Shown: piece by piece, positions 1 through 9,155 of the stretch
Numbering within the stretch: position 1 is the stretch's first letter
Layout of the letters: every line of letters begins with the position of its first letter
Assembly (NCBI RefSeq): GCF_000284115.1
Contig: NC_017080.1
Span: 990,001-1,022,000 of the forward strand
Direction: 5' to 3'
DNA length: 32,000 nucleotides
From: Phycisphaera mikurensis NBRC 102666
Lineage (GTDB): Bacteria; Planctomycetota; Phycisphaerae; Phycisphaerales; Phycisphaeraceae
Program-made: the position numbers and the translations under genes
The notes under the pieces: generated by a model
The model's database searches: none
Told to the model about the DNA's origin: nothing
What the model saw: only the letters and a program-made list of their open reading frames with translations

Positions 1-106
1 GTTTCCATGGCAAGCAGCCTAAAGCGCGTCGGGGGTGCGGCGATGGCGGCGGGGGACGGGGCGTGTTTGCGGATGTGGACGGGGGGGCAGCGGCCTGCGG
101 CCGCTC

Positions 107-225
107 AAGCGGGGAAGCGAAGAAGCGAGGAGGTCAGCACCGCACGCTGCGCGTCAAGGGGCGGGCGACGCAGCCGCCGCTTCTGCCTGACTTCTTCGCT
201 TCCCCGCTTCTTCGCTTCTTCGCTT
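107..225. repeat. Opposed arrays of an 8-bp unit: (AAGCGRRG)x3 at 107-130 and reverse-complement (CTTCGCTT/CCCCGCTT)x4 at 194-225
   Basis: 107-130 reads AAGCGGGG AAGCGAAG AAGCGAGG; 194-225 reads CTTCGCTT CCCCGCTT CTTCGCTT CTTCGCTT. AGGTCAG (131-137) faces CTGAC (187-191). Could fold into a long imperfect stem. Confidence 0.75.
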
Positions 226-231
226 GCCTTC

Positions 232-1140
232 TCACAGCGACCCCGGATCCTCCCGGAACCGCTTCGGTGGCATCCCCGCGCTCTCGCTGAACCACCGCGT
301 GAACGCGGCTGGCCCGCTGAAGCCGAGTTTGTCGCCGACCTCGAAGACGCGGAGGGCGGGGTCGCGGAGGAGGTCTCTGGCGGCGGCGAGGCGGCGGGCG
401 TCGGCGTAGGCGTGAGGGGTGCAGCCGATCCGCTCGGCGAAGCGGCGGGAGAAGTGGCGGGTGCTCAGGTGGCACGCGTTCGCGAGCTCGCTCAGCGAGG
501 GGGGCGGGGCCATCGGCAGCGGGGGGGCGTGGAGCAGGCGGAGAGCGGGCGTCAGCCTCGGGTCCAGCGCCTCGAGGTTCGCCTCGCCGCGGTCGCGGGG
601 GGCGGCGGCGTGGGGAGCGCCGAGGCGGGGCCACAGCGCGAGGATCTCGGCGAGGAGGGCGACCTCCTCGGCGGCGTCGGGCGGGGCGCCGCCGCCGCGG
701 GTGAGGCGGCGGAACGGCGTGAGCAGGTCGCGGGCCGCGTCGATCCGCGGAGCGCACGGCCGCAGGTGGCCGCCGTCGAACAGCGGCCAACCGGCGGTGT
801 CGTCGATCCGCAGCTTCACGTGGTGGACCGCCGCGGCGCCGGGCGTCGGATGCAGGTCGTAGCCGTGCGTCTCGCCGGGTCGGCTGAGCAGAGCGGTCAG
901 CCCGGCGATCCCGCGCCAGGCCCCGCCGGTGTGGCACCTGCCGGCGCAGCCGTCGATCAGGTCGAGCTGCAGCAGGTCAGCGTGGGCGTGCGGGGCGATG
1001 GTGAAGCGGGCGGTGGGGTTGTGCTGGTAGGCGGTGTCCACGCGGCCGCGGCCCTCGGCCAGCCGGGCCACCGCCGCGAGCACCGCGGACACGGCCGGGT
1101 CGTCTCGCTTCGAGATGTCGGGTTCGGCGTCCGGAGCCAT
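232..1140 (-). CDS. AraC-family transcriptional regulator
   Basis: C-terminal double HTH: ELANACHLSTRHFSRRFAERIGCTPHAYADARRLAAARDLLRDPALRVFEVGDKLGFSGPAAFTRWFSESAGMPPKRFREDP. Start chosen at MAPDAEPD; the listed ORF extends upstream to 1248. Confidence 0.88.
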   Translation of the reverse strand: MAPDAEPDISKRDDPAVSAVLAAVARLAEGRGRVDTAYQHNPTARFTIAPHAHADLLQLDLIDGCAGRCHTGGAWRGIAGLTALLSRPGETHGYDLHPTPGAAAVHHVKLRIDDTAGWPLFDGGHLRPCAPRIDAARDLLTPFRRLTRGGGAPPDAAEEVALLAEILALWPRLGAPHAAAPRDRGEANLEALDPRLTPALRLLHAPPLPMAPPPSLSELANACHLSTRHFSRRFAERIGCTPHAYADARRLAAARDLLRDPALRVFEVGDKLGFSGPAAFTRWFSESAGMPPKRFREDPGSL

Positions 1141-1161
1141 GTCGCAGCGGGTGAAAGAAGC

Positions 1162-1269
1162 GGGTGCCACGCCGCTTGCGGGGTGCGGTCGCCGCAGGCG
1201 ACGCGGTGGGGCGGGACGCTGCTCCCCCGCCGGCCTCCGGCCGCACACCCCGCGAGCGGCGTGGCACCC
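1162..1269. repeat. Paired inverted copies of the GGGTGCCACG-type intergenic element
   Basis: GGGTGCCACGCCGCTTGCGGGGTGCGG (1162-1188) versus CCGCACACCCCGCGAGCGGCGTGGCACCC (1241-1269), which is its reverse complement apart from a 2-nt insertion and 1 mismatch. Lies between two divergent genes. Confidence 0.75.
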
Positions 1270-1347
1270 GGAAGGTTACCGGATCCGGACGCCGATCCGC
1301 CGTGCCGCGCGGTGGACCCGCCGCCGCGTCCGTGTCATCCTCCGTCC

Positions 1348-2763
1348 ATGATCGACGCCGACCAGAGCCTGCAGCCCGCCGACCTCCTCGACGCGCTCAC
1401 GCGGCACTGGGAGGCCTCCGCCACCGCGATCCGGAAGATCGACGACTCCTGCCCGCCCGGCTCGGCCTCGCCGGTCTTCACCGTCGGGGGCGCGTACCGG
1501 GCCCAGGGCTGGACCGAGTGGACGCAGGGCTTCCAGCACGGCGCCGCCTTCCTGCAGTTCGACGCGACCGGCGAAGCCTCCTTCCTGGAGCTCGGCCGCA
1601 AGCGGACCCTGGAGGTGATGGCCCCGCACCTCACGCACACCGGGGTGCACGACCACGGCTTCAACAACGTGAGCACCTACGGAAACCTCTGGCGGCTGGG
1701 CAACGAGGGGAAGATCGACCTCCCGGAGCACGAGCGCAACTACGCCGAGCTGGCGCTGAAGGTGACCGGCGCCGTGCAGGCCAGCCGATGGAAGCAGACC
1801 GCCGACGGCACCGGCTACGTCTACAGCTTCAACGGCCCGCAGTCGCTGTTCATCGACACGATCCGCACGATGCGGGCGCTGTCGCTCGCGCACCTGCTCG
1901 GCCACAGGCTCAGCCACGAGGGCGACGCCGTGGCGAACCTGCTCGACCGCTCGATCGAGCACGCGATCAACACCGCCCGGCACGTCATCTGGTACGGCGG
2001 CGACGACGACGGCGAGCTCCGCGACGCCTACGACGTCCGCGGCCGGACCGCCCACGAGGCGCTCTTCAACACGAACAACGGCGCCTTCCGCGCGCCCTCG
2101 ACCCAGCAGGGCTACTCGCCCTTCAGCACGTGGACCCGCGGGCAGGCCTGGGCGATGGTCGGCTTCCCCGAGCAGCTGGAGTTCCTCGACGCCTGCGTGA
2201 CGGACGAGGAGCTGGAGGTGCACGGCGGCCGCCACGAGGTCGAGCGGATCTACGCCGAGGCCGCCGAGGCCGTCTGCGACCACTACCTCGAGAACACGCC
2301 CACCGACGGCATCCCCTACTGGGACACCGGCGCCCCGGGGCTCGCGAAGATGGGTGATTGGGGCTCGCGCCCCGCCGACCCCTTCAACGATCACGAGCCG
2401 GTGGATTCCTCCGCCGCCGCGATCGGTGCGCAGGGCCTGCTGCGGATGGCGGATTGGCTCGACGCCGAGGACGCCGTCCGCGACGAGAACGGCAACGCCG
2501 AGCGCTACCGCGCCGCCGGGCTCACGATCACGAGAACCCTGCTCGGCGACGCCTACCTCTCCACCGACCCCGACCACGAGGGCCTGCTGCTCCACAGCGT
2601 CTACCACCGCCCCAACGGCTGGGACCACGTGCCCGCCGGCCGGAAGGTGCCCTGCGGCGAGGCCTGCATGTGGGGCGACTACCACCTGCGGGAGCTGGCG
2701 GTCGTGGTGGGGCGGATGGCGGAAGCGGATTCGGTTCCGCACCGCTTCTTCGGGCCGGTTTGA
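1348..2763 (+). CDS. Glycoside hydrolase family 88-like protein (unsaturated glucuronyl hydrolase-like)
   Basis: MIDADQSLQPADLLDALTRHWEAS... with HDHGFNNVSTYGNLWRL, FNTNNGAFRAPSTQQGYSPFSTWTRGQAWAMVGF, IPYWDTGAPG and DSSAAAIGAQGLLRMADW, typical of the GH88 (alpha/alpha)6 barrel family. Only the 3' half of the 7-2763 ORF is judged real. Confidence 0.85.
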   Translation: MIDADQSLQPADLLDALTRHWEASATAIRKIDDSCPPGSASPVFTVGGAYRAQGWTEWTQGFQHGAAFLQFDATGEASFLELGRKRTLEVMAPHLTHTGVHDHGFNNVSTYGNLWRLGNEGKIDLPEHERNYAELALKVTGAVQASRWKQTADGTGYVYSFNGPQSLFIDTIRTMRALSLAHLLGHRLSHEGDAVANLLDRSIEHAINTARHVIWYGGDDDGELRDAYDVRGRTAHEALFNTNNGAFRAPSTQQGYSPFSTWTRGQAWAMVGFPEQLEFLDACVTDEELEVHGGRHEVERIYAEAAEAVCDHYLENTPTDGIPYWDTGAPGLAKMGDWGSRPADPFNDHEPVDSSAAAIGAQGLLRMADWLDAEDAVRDENGNAERYRAAGLTITRTLLGDAYLSTDPDHEGLLLHSVYHRPNGWDHVPAGRKVPCGEACMWGDYHLRELAVVVGRMAEADSVPHRFFGPV

Positions 2764-2801
2764 GGCACCGGCGGAGCCGGTCATGCCGCTTCGCGGCAGG
2801 C

Positions 2802-2982
2802 AAGCGAAGAAGCGAAGAAGCGAAGAAGCGGGGAAGCGAAGAAGTGGGGAAGCGAAGAAGCGTTGGATTGAGGAAGTGAGAGAGTCGGTGAGTGCCACCT
2901 GCGGCGGCGGCGGCCGAACCGGCGTAGCCACTCCTGTCTCGGTCTGACTTCTTCGCTTCCCCGCTTCCTCGCTTCCTCGCTT
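2802..2982. repeat. Opposed arrays of the 8-bp AAGCGAAG unit: 8 units at 2802-2865 and 4 reverse-complement units at 2951-2982
   Basis: 2802-2865 reads AAGCGAAG x3, AAGCGGGG, AAGCGAAG, AAGTGGGG, AAGCGAAG, AAGCGTTG. 2951-2982 reads CTTCGCTT CCCCGCTT CCTCGCTT CCTCGCTT. Confidence 0.85.
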
Positions 2983-3025
2983 GCTCCCTCCCGAGTAACA
3001 ACCTTCTCCTGAACGAAGCCCTTCC

Positions 3026-3823
3026 ATGCCCACCCCCACCCCCTCCCCCACCCCCCGCACCGCCCTCATCACCGGCGGCACCCGCGGCATCGGCCGCGGC
3101 ATCGCCGACGCGCTCGCCGCCAAGGGCTTCGGCCTGGCCATCACCGGGCGGCGGCCGCGGACCGACGTCGAGAACGTGCTCGAGGAGCTTCGGTCCGCGG
3201 GCGCGGCGAGCGTCAGCTACCACGCCAGCGACGTGGCCGACCTCGCCGCACACGAGCCGCTGGTCGCCCGCGTCGTGGAGGCGCACGGCCGCCTCGACTG
3301 CCTCGTCAACAACGCCGGGATCGCGCCCGACGTCCGCGCCGACATCCTCGACGCCGGCGGCGACAGCTTCGACCGGCTCATCGACGTCAACCTCAAGGGC
3401 CCCTACTTCCTCACGCAGGCCGCCGCGAAGCGGATGATCCGCCAGGCGGAGGGGGACGACGCGTTCGAGGGCGTCATCGTCAACGTCGGGTCCATCTCCG
3501 CCACCGTCGCCAGCGTGAACCGCGGCGACTACTGCATCTCCAAGGCCGGCGTCGCGATGTCCACCGCCCTCTGGGCCGCGCGTCTCGGCGAGCACCGCAT
3601 CGGCGTCTTCGAGGTCCGCCCCGGCGTCACCGCCACCGACATGACCGCCGGCGTCAAAGACAAGTACGACAAGCTCTTCGCCGACGGCCTCACCGCCGTC
3701 AAGCGATGGGGCGACCCCGCCGACACCGGCACCGTCGTCGCCGCGATGTGCGCGGGCGGCTGGCTGTACGCCACCGGCAGCACCGTCATGGTCGACGGCG
3801 GCCTGACGATCCCGCGCCTGTGA
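3026..3823 (+). CDS. Short-chain dehydrogenase/reductase (FabG-like)
   Basis: TALITGGTRGIGRGIADAL (TGxxxGIG), LVNNAGIAPD, NVGSISA, YCISKAG (YxxxK), PGVTATDMTAG, STVMVDGGLTIPRL. Confidence 0.92.
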   Translation: MPTPTPSPTPRTALITGGTRGIGRGIADALAAKGFGLAITGRRPRTDVENVLEELRSAGAASVSYHASDVADLAAHEPLVARVVEAHGRLDCLVNNAGIAPDVRADILDAGGDSFDRLIDVNLKGPYFLTQAAAKRMIRQAEGDDAFEGVIVNVGSISATVASVNRGDYCISKAGVAMSTALWAARLGEHRIGVFEVRPGVTATDMTAGVKDKYDKLFADGLTAVKRWGDPADTGTVVAAMCAGGWLYATGSTVMVDGGLTIPRL

Positions 3824-3855
3824 CGCCCGGAAGCACGCGACGCTGCGCGACCGAC

Positions 3856-3876
3856 CTGCCTGCGGGCCGCAGGCAG
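3856..3876 (+). terminator. Possible hairpin terminator after the SDR gene
   Basis: CTGCCTGCGG-G-CCGCAGGCAG, a perfect inverted repeat 33 nt after the stop codon. No clear T-tract. Confidence 0.35.
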
Positions 3877-4045
3877 CCACGACCGCGTCTCCGCCCCGCG
3901 TCCGCTCCGTCGGTGAATCCACGCCGCGGCACCTGCCGTAAGGGTTAAGGATGCTCCTGATGCTCGCGGCCCGGCCGCGGCGGGGGCTCACGCGGCCGGG
4001 CCGAGCCCCGCCGCGTTCCCGCGTCCGATCCCTGAGGTTCCCGCT

Positions 4046-4825
4046 TTGCCCCGCTCCGCCGCCGCCGCCGCCCTCGCCCTGCTGCTCGCCGTCCCCGCCG
4101 CCCACGCGCAGCCGGGCTTCGCCTTCGGCCCGGCCGCCGCGGCCACCGCCGACGGGCCCGCCACCTCCCGGGACCTGCTGGGCAACCCCGGCTCCGGCGG
4201 CAACCGCTACCAGCAGGTGTACGACGCCAGCCTCTTCGCCGCGGGCCCGCAGTCGATCTCCGAGATCCAGTTCCGGGCGGCCAACCCCGCCAACGCCTTC
4301 CGGCCCGACGGCGTCTCCACCACCGCCGTGACGGTGACGCTCTCGACCACCGGCGTCTCGTCCAGCCCGGGGGCCACCGCCGCGGGCGCCTTCAGCGCCA
4401 GCTTCGCCGACAACGTCGGCGCCGACGCCGCCGTGGTCTACGACGGCCCGCTGACGCTGATCCGCGGGGGCTCGAACCCCGCGGGCGAGCCGCAGCCCTT
4501 CGCGTACGGCTTCACCCTTCAGAACGCGTTTGCGTACAACCCGGCGCTGGGCAACCTGCTGCTGGACGTGCGCGTTCCGGTGGGCGCCACCGTCTCGGCG
4601 GTGAACCTCAATGGCAGCTTCGGCGCTTACGAGGACTTCGACGCGTTCACCGCCTCCGGCGACGGGACCGCCAGCGCCCGGGGCACCGGGAACAACGCCA
4701 TCGGCGCCGCCGGCAACACCGGCCTGGCCACCCGCTTCACGGCGGTGGTCGTGCCCGAGCCCGCCACCGCCACGCTCGCCGGCGTCGGCCTGGGCCTGCT
4801 GGCCCTGCGTCGCCGCCGGGCGTGA
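4046..4825 (+). CDS. PEP-CTERM sorting-domain secreted protein
   Basis: N-terminal signal peptide MPRSAAAAALALLLAVPAAHAQ; C-terminal VVPEPATATLAGVGLGLLALRRRRA (PEP motif, hydrophobic stretch, Arg-rich tail). Confidence 0.9.
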   Translation: MPRSAAAAALALLLAVPAAHAQPGFAFGPAAAATADGPATSRDLLGNPGSGGNRYQQVYDASLFAAGPQSISEIQFRAANPANAFRPDGVSTTAVTVTLSTTGVSSSPGATAAGAFSASFADNVGADAAVVYDGPLTLIRGGSNPAGEPQPFAYGFTLQNAFAYNPALGNLLLDVRVPVGATVSAVNLNGSFGAYEDFDAFTASGDGTASARGTGNNAIGAAGNTGLATRFTAVVVPEPATATLAGVGLGLLALRRRRA

Positions 4826-4944
4826 GGGCACGCGTCGACGGGGTCCGGAGACGGCCGGCCGCTGGAGGTCGCTCATGCCGGGGCGTGGGCCACGGCGAGT
4901 CGGGTTCTCGCTCTACGGTGGGCCGGAGGCCGCCCCGGATCCCC

Positions 4945-5928
4945 ATGCGCTACGAGCTCCCGATCCAGCTTCAAGACTTTCTCGGGGCGGAGCTCTTGGG
5001 CGTCTCGCGGATCGGCCTGCGCGAGCGGGCGCAGCGTCTCTCCGAGCGGTACCGCGCCCAGAGCGGCAGCGGATCCATCGTCGAGCCCGACGACGCGCTC
5101 GCCTACGCCGTCGTGCGCATGCCCGGGACCTTCGCCGCCACCCGCGCCGCCGCCGAGCGTGCGGCCGAGGCGCTGCCGGGGTTTGCGCCCGCCACGCTGC
5201 TGGACGCGGGCGCCGGCCCCGGCGCCACCACCCGCGCCTGCCGCGCCGTGTGGCCGTCGATCCGCGACGCCACCCTCCTCGACCACAACCCTCACCTGCT
5301 CGCCTTCGCCGCGCGGTCCTTCTCGCACGGCGGAGACGACGCCGCCCGCACCGCCGCCGGCCGCCTCCCGCAGGCGCTCGCCGTTCAGCAGGAAGCCGAC
5401 CTCGTCGTTGCCGGCTACGTGCTCAACGAGCTGGCCCCCGCCGACCGGGCCGAGACGCTCGACCGCTTGTGGTCGCTCACGCGCGGCGTGCTCCTGCTCG
5501 TCGAGCCCGGCACCTCCGCCGGCTCCGCCCGCCTGCTCGAGGACCGCGCCCGGCTGATCGGCCTCGGCGCCCGCGTCGTCGCCCCCTGCAGCCACGCGGG
5601 CCGCTGCCCGCTCTTGGAGCACGAGCGCTGGTGCCACTTCGCCCAGCGGCTGCCGCGGTCGAGAGCCCACCGGGACGTGAAGGGCGTCGATGCCGCCTTC
5701 GAAGACGAGAAGTACGGCTACCTCGCTTTCTCCCGCGGGCCCGCCGTTCCCGCCCCCGACGCCGTCGGCCTGCGGATCCTCGCCACCCCCCGCGTCACCA
5801 AGGGCGAGGTCACGATGCCCGTCTGCACGCCGGACCGACCGGAGCAGCTCGTCATCCGCCGCCACCAGAAAGCCGCGTACAAGCACGCGAAGAAGCTCGC
5901 CTGGGGCGACGCGGTGCAACGCCCCTGA
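4945..5928 (+). CDS. Rsm22-like small ribosomal subunit-associated methyltransferase family protein
   Basis: MRYELPIQLQDFLGAELLG... with LLDAGAGPGATTRACRAVWP (SAM motif I), ADLVVAGYVLNEL, LLLVEPGTSAG, CSHAGRCPLLEHERWCHFAQRLPRSRAHRDVK (Cys cluster) and FEDEKYGYLAFSR. Start refined downstream of the ORF start at 4822. Confidence 0.8.
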   Translation: MRYELPIQLQDFLGAELLGVSRIGLRERAQRLSERYRAQSGSGSIVEPDDALAYAVVRMPGTFAATRAAAERAAEALPGFAPATLLDAGAGPGATTRACRAVWPSIRDATLLDHNPHLLAFAARSFSHGGDDAARTAAGRLPQALAVQQEADLVVAGYVLNELAPADRAETLDRLWSLTRGVLLLVEPGTSAGSARLLEDRARLIGLGARVVAPCSHAGRCPLLEHERWCHFAQRLPRSRAHRDVKGVDAAFEDEKYGYLAFSRGPAVPAPDAVGLRILATPRVTKGEVTMPVCTPDRPEQLVIRRHQKAAYKHAKKLAWGDAVQRP

Positions 5929-5932
5929 GGCG

Positions 5933-5978
5933 CCGCGGACCGCCGCGCTTCCAACGCCAAATCCCGCACGGTCCGCGG
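5933..5978. repeat. CCGCGGACCG palindromic intergenic element, copy 1
   Basis: CCGCGGACCG (5933-5942) and CGGTCCGCGG (5969-5978), perfect 10-bp arms with a 26-nt spacer, 5 nt after the Rsm22-like stop. Confidence 0.85.
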
Positions 5979-6275
5979 ATCGCCCGAGGCTCGAGCTCGG
6001 GTGCGTCGGAACCCCGTCCCGGCCAACTTCCGGGCGTTCGCATGCGGATTCCCTCGTTCCCTGAGGGCTCAACCCTCGACACCTCTCCTGGGGCCGGATG
6101 CTCGGCACCCGGGCTCGAGACTCGGCGCCCGGTGGACATTCTCGCCGCTGCCTTCTCCTCTGCCTGTGCGGTGATCGGGCGGAGCGATGCTTGCGCGACC
6201 CCTGTCCAGGCTTGGTTCGTCCCCGTGGATGGCGGGAAGAGCGGGCGGATCGTCTCCGGCTCCAATCCGCAGCCA

Positions 6276-6292
6276 CGCCGGCGGAGCCGGCG
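6276..6292 (-). terminator. Possible hairpin terminator downstream of the reductase gene
   Basis: CGCCGGC-GGA-GCCGGCG, 7-bp perfect stem, 26 nt past the stop on the minus strand. No clear T-tract. Confidence 0.3.
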
Positions 6293-6317
6293 AGCCATCC
6301 GCCGTTGCACCGAGCGA

Positions 6318-8315
6318 TCAGGCCCGCAGCAGCGACGCGGGCACGTAGGGGTCGAAGCCGGCTTTGGGGTTGCGGAGGTCCATCAGCGCGGAGGTCCGCG
6401 GGTCGTCGCGGAATCGCGTGATCACGGCCTCGAAGCCCATTCGGTGGACGAAGGGGCCGAGGCGCTCGCTGGAGCCGTTGTTTCCCTGCTTCTGGGTTTT
6501 CCACCAGTCGAAGAGGACGGCGCAGACGTTGGCGACTTCCTCACGCGGGACCATCGAGAGGTACTGCTTCTCGCCGTCGGTGAGCCAGTGGCCCTGGGTG
6601 CTGCCGTCCTCGCTGCCGCCGAGCTTGAGGCCGTAGTTGTCGCCGCCCGAGCCGACCCAGCCGATCGACTTGGTGCCGGGGCGGAAGCACTGCCGCTCGC
6701 AGCCGGTGATGCCGATCGACTCGGCGACGTCGCCGTAGCCCATGTCCTCGAGCTGGTCCATCAGCTCGGGCTCGAACTGCTCGGAGTCGGTGTAGGAGAG
6801 CCGGCAGGTCGGCAGGCCGACGCAGGCGCCGCTGAGGACACGCAGCTTCGAGTACGCCTTCCCGCGGCGCGTGCCGTGGCCGAACTCGGCCAGCTTCGCG
6901 ACGAAGTCTTCCTTCGCGGCCTCCTCGATGTTCGCGAAGAGCAGGTCCTGGTTGGGGGTGACCATCACCTCGGTGCCGGGGAAGGCGTCGAGCACGGCGG
7001 GGACCATGCTCTTGAGCCGGGCGGAGCCCGAGCCGGCGTGCAGCGTCCCGTCGGCGGCGTCGGTGGGCTCGGCGTCGGGACTGTTGCTGGGGGCCAGGTG
7101 CGGGGCGGCCTCGCGGGCGTCGCCGAGCTTCGCCTTGTCGATGTACGCCCCGTCGGCCAGCCGGCCGCACTCGACGTAGGCCCCGTAGGCCCAGAGCCCG
7201 TTGCTCTCCTGCTCGTTCCAGCCGTGGTGCAGCATCCGCTCGCCGGGGTGCAGCGACTCGTCGGGCGGGTCGAAGCTCACGCCCTCCGCCTTCACCTGCT
7301 CGCGGTACCACGCGATGCCCTGCTTCCAGACCACGTACTTGAGGCGAGCCCACACGCGGTTCTTGCGGTCGCCCCACTGCTTGTGGACGTCGACGATCGC
7401 CTTGAGCCCGGGCATCAGCTGGTCGGGCGTGAAGACGCCGAGCGCCTTGCCGTGAGCGGCGAAGGTGGGCTTGCCCTTCTTCTCGCCCTGGCCGCCGCCG
7501 ACGTAGACCTGGTAGCCGACGACCCGCGCGTCGCTGCCGGTGCCCTCGACGACCGGGGCCACGCCCACCTCGTTGGTGCGGATCTCGGTGCAGTTGTCCG
7601 CGGTGACCACGCCGGTCCGCGGGTCGCGGTGCACGGTGGAGAAAGCGATCTTGAACTTGCGGTTGAGCAGCTGCTTGCCGTAGTCGTACTGGACCTCCGG
7701 GTCCTTGATGTCGTTGGGGTCGACGGCGAAGACCTGGATGTGCGAGGCGGCGGGCAGGCGGAAGTAGTCGCCGTACCTGTGCGACAGCTCGAACGCGTTG
7801 GCGCCGGGGATCGTCCCGAACTTGCTCAGCGGGCAGCCCATGACGTTGCGGACGTTGTCGCCGCAGCCGTTGAGCGTGTAGAAGCCGCTCTTGGCGATGT
7901 CCTGCACCAGCGACATCACCTGCGGCTTGCGGAGCCAGTGGTACTGGATGTTCTGCCGGGTGGTCAGCCGCAGCGAGTTGCCGCCGTAGGGGTTGTGGTC
8001 GCAGTACTTGTCCGCGACGGAGTCGAGGATCGCCCACTGCCGGGCGTCGAAGGCCCCGCCGCCGGGCACGGTGACGCGGACCATGTACATCCAGTCCTTC
8101 TCGACGCCGGTCTTCGCGCGGTTGTACTCGAGGTACAGCCCGTGGCTCTTGGAGAGGAACTCGGCCTCCTTCTCCAGGTCCATCGTCTCGTGGTCGCGGT
8201 AGCGCTCGGGCAGGACGCCGACCATGCCGGCGCTCTCGATCTTGAAGTGCTCGTCGGCGGAGAGCTGGTCCTGCGGGGTCGGGATCAGCGGCTGGGGTTC
8301 TTTGACGCGGGCCAT
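6318..8315 (-). CDS. Ferredoxin-type sulfite/nitrite reductase (siroheme and [4Fe-4S] protein)
   Basis: MARVKEPQPLIPTPQDQLSADEHFKIESAGM..., LRLTTRQNIQYHWL, LNGCGDNVRNVMGCP, SGACVGLPTCRLSYTDSE (CX5C) and ITGCERQCFRPGTKSIGWVG (CX3C), the siroheme/4Fe-4S ligation motifs. Confidence 0.92.
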   Translation of the reverse strand: MARVKEPQPLIPTPQDQLSADEHFKIESAGMVGVLPERYRDHETMDLEKEAEFLSKSHGLYLEYNRAKTGVEKDWMYMVRVTVPGGGAFDARQWAILDSVADKYCDHNPYGGNSLRLTTRQNIQYHWLRKPQVMSLVQDIAKSGFYTLNGCGDNVRNVMGCPLSKFGTIPGANAFELSHRYGDYFRLPAASHIQVFAVDPNDIKDPEVQYDYGKQLLNRKFKIAFSTVHRDPRTGVVTADNCTEIRTNEVGVAPVVEGTGSDARVVGYQVYVGGGQGEKKGKPTFAAHGKALGVFTPDQLMPGLKAIVDVHKQWGDRKNRVWARLKYVVWKQGIAWYREQVKAEGVSFDPPDESLHPGERMLHHGWNEQESNGLWAYGAYVECGRLADGAYIDKAKLGDAREAAPHLAPSNSPDAEPTDAADGTLHAGSGSARLKSMVPAVLDAFPGTEVMVTPNQDLLFANIEEAAKEDFVAKLAEFGHGTRRGKAYSKLRVLSGACVGLPTCRLSYTDSEQFEPELMDQLEDMGYGDVAESIGITGCERQCFRPGTKSIGWVGSGGDNYGLKLGGSEDGSTQGHWLTDGEKQYLSMVPREEVANVCAVLFDWWKTQKQGNNGSSERLGPFVHRMGFEAVITRFRDDPRTSALMDLRNPKAGFDPYVPASLLRA

Positions 8316-8431
8316 GTTCGTCTTCGCCTTCGGCGAGGGGGCTGTGCGGGAACCACGCCGTTCGCACGGGGCGAGCGGGTGGGCGGGGGGAGAGCGTAAG
8401 GGAAGCGGTGGCGTGGCCGGTGTCGGCCGGC

Positions 8432-9142
8432 TCACGGCACGCAGGATCCCGGCGATTCCGGGTCCGCGCTCGCGGGGCCGGGACGCTCGCCGCTGGCGGC
8501 TTGGAGCGTCAGGGCCGCGAAGTCGCGGGTGCGGTGGAAGTCGGCGACCGGCAGGCGGGGGAAGCAGGACAGCGCCGGCCGGCCCGCGGCGGCGTGGTCG
8601 TAGCGGGCGGCCAGCGTGGTCCACGCGGAACCGGGGCCCCAAGCGTCGCCCCGGGAGCAGAGGAGCGGCGCGGGGACGAGCAAGTCCGACACCCAGCCGT
8701 CCCCGGTGGTTGCGCTGGCGACGCGGACCCCGTCCAGCGGCTCGTACGGCACGTCCCCGGAGCGGTCGGGGCCGGTCCAGCACATGGCGGTGCGGTGGCC
8801 ATGAGGGGTGGCGTAGAACTCCCAGTAGTGGTCCGCGTCCGCCGGCTTCAGGAACCACTCGGCGGTGTCGCCGAGCTCGTAGTGCAGCTGGTTGTCGGCG
8901 GAGGCGGAGGTGCAAACCTCCGCGTCGGCGAACTCGAAGCGGGCGAGCAGGCCCGCTGCGCACCACCCGAAGCGGACCCGGCCGGGCTCGGCGGGCGGCC
9001 CGCCGCCGCCCGGCGACGACAGAGGGTGGGTGTCCACCCCCGCCCAGGCGGCCGCGGCGACCGGCCGGCCCGGTGGCGGGCCTGCGGCCTCCGCGGCGAA
9101 CGGGTGGTCGGGCAGGTACGCGGCGGCGACGGTCGGCGGCAT
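8432..9142 (-). CDS. Carbohydrate-binding family 9-like protein
   Basis: Residues such as VRFGWCAAGLLARFEFADAEV, ADHYWEFYATPHG, VSDLLVPAPLL and LPVADFHRTRDFAALTL match the CBM9-like/DOMON-like pattern seen in planctomycetes. Confidence 0.6.
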   Translation of the reverse strand: MPPTVAAAYLPDHPFAAEAAGPPPGRPVAAAAWAGVDTHPLSSPGGGGPPAEPGRVRFGWCAAGLLARFEFADAEVCTSASADNQLHYELGDTAEWFLKPADADHYWEFYATPHGHRTAMCWTGPDRSGDVPYEPLDGVRVASATTGDGWVSDLLVPAPLLCSRGDAWGPGSAWTTLAARYDHAAAGRPALSCFPRLPVADFHRTRDFAALTLQAASGERPGPASADPESPGSCVP

Positions 9143-9155
9143 GGGCAGAGCTCTG

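Noticed and set aside
7-1347. 5' two-fifths of the 918-aa plus ORF as coding
   Set aside because: Antisense to the AraC gene; the GH88-like homology begins at MIDADQ (1348).
2802-2982. CRISPR-like array
   Set aside because: Units are 8 bp and contiguous with no unique spacers; the two arrays face each other.
6318-8315. Specific assignment as nitrite versus sulfite reductase
   Set aside because: Siroheme/4Fe-4S motifs are shared by both and substrate cannot be settled from motifs alone.
4611-8399. 1262-aa plus-strand ORF
   Set aside because: Antisense or out-of-frame to two PEP-CTERM/Rsm22 genes and the reductase, which have clear family motifs. Arg/Pro/Ala-rich, low-complexity translation typical of high-GC shadow ORFs.
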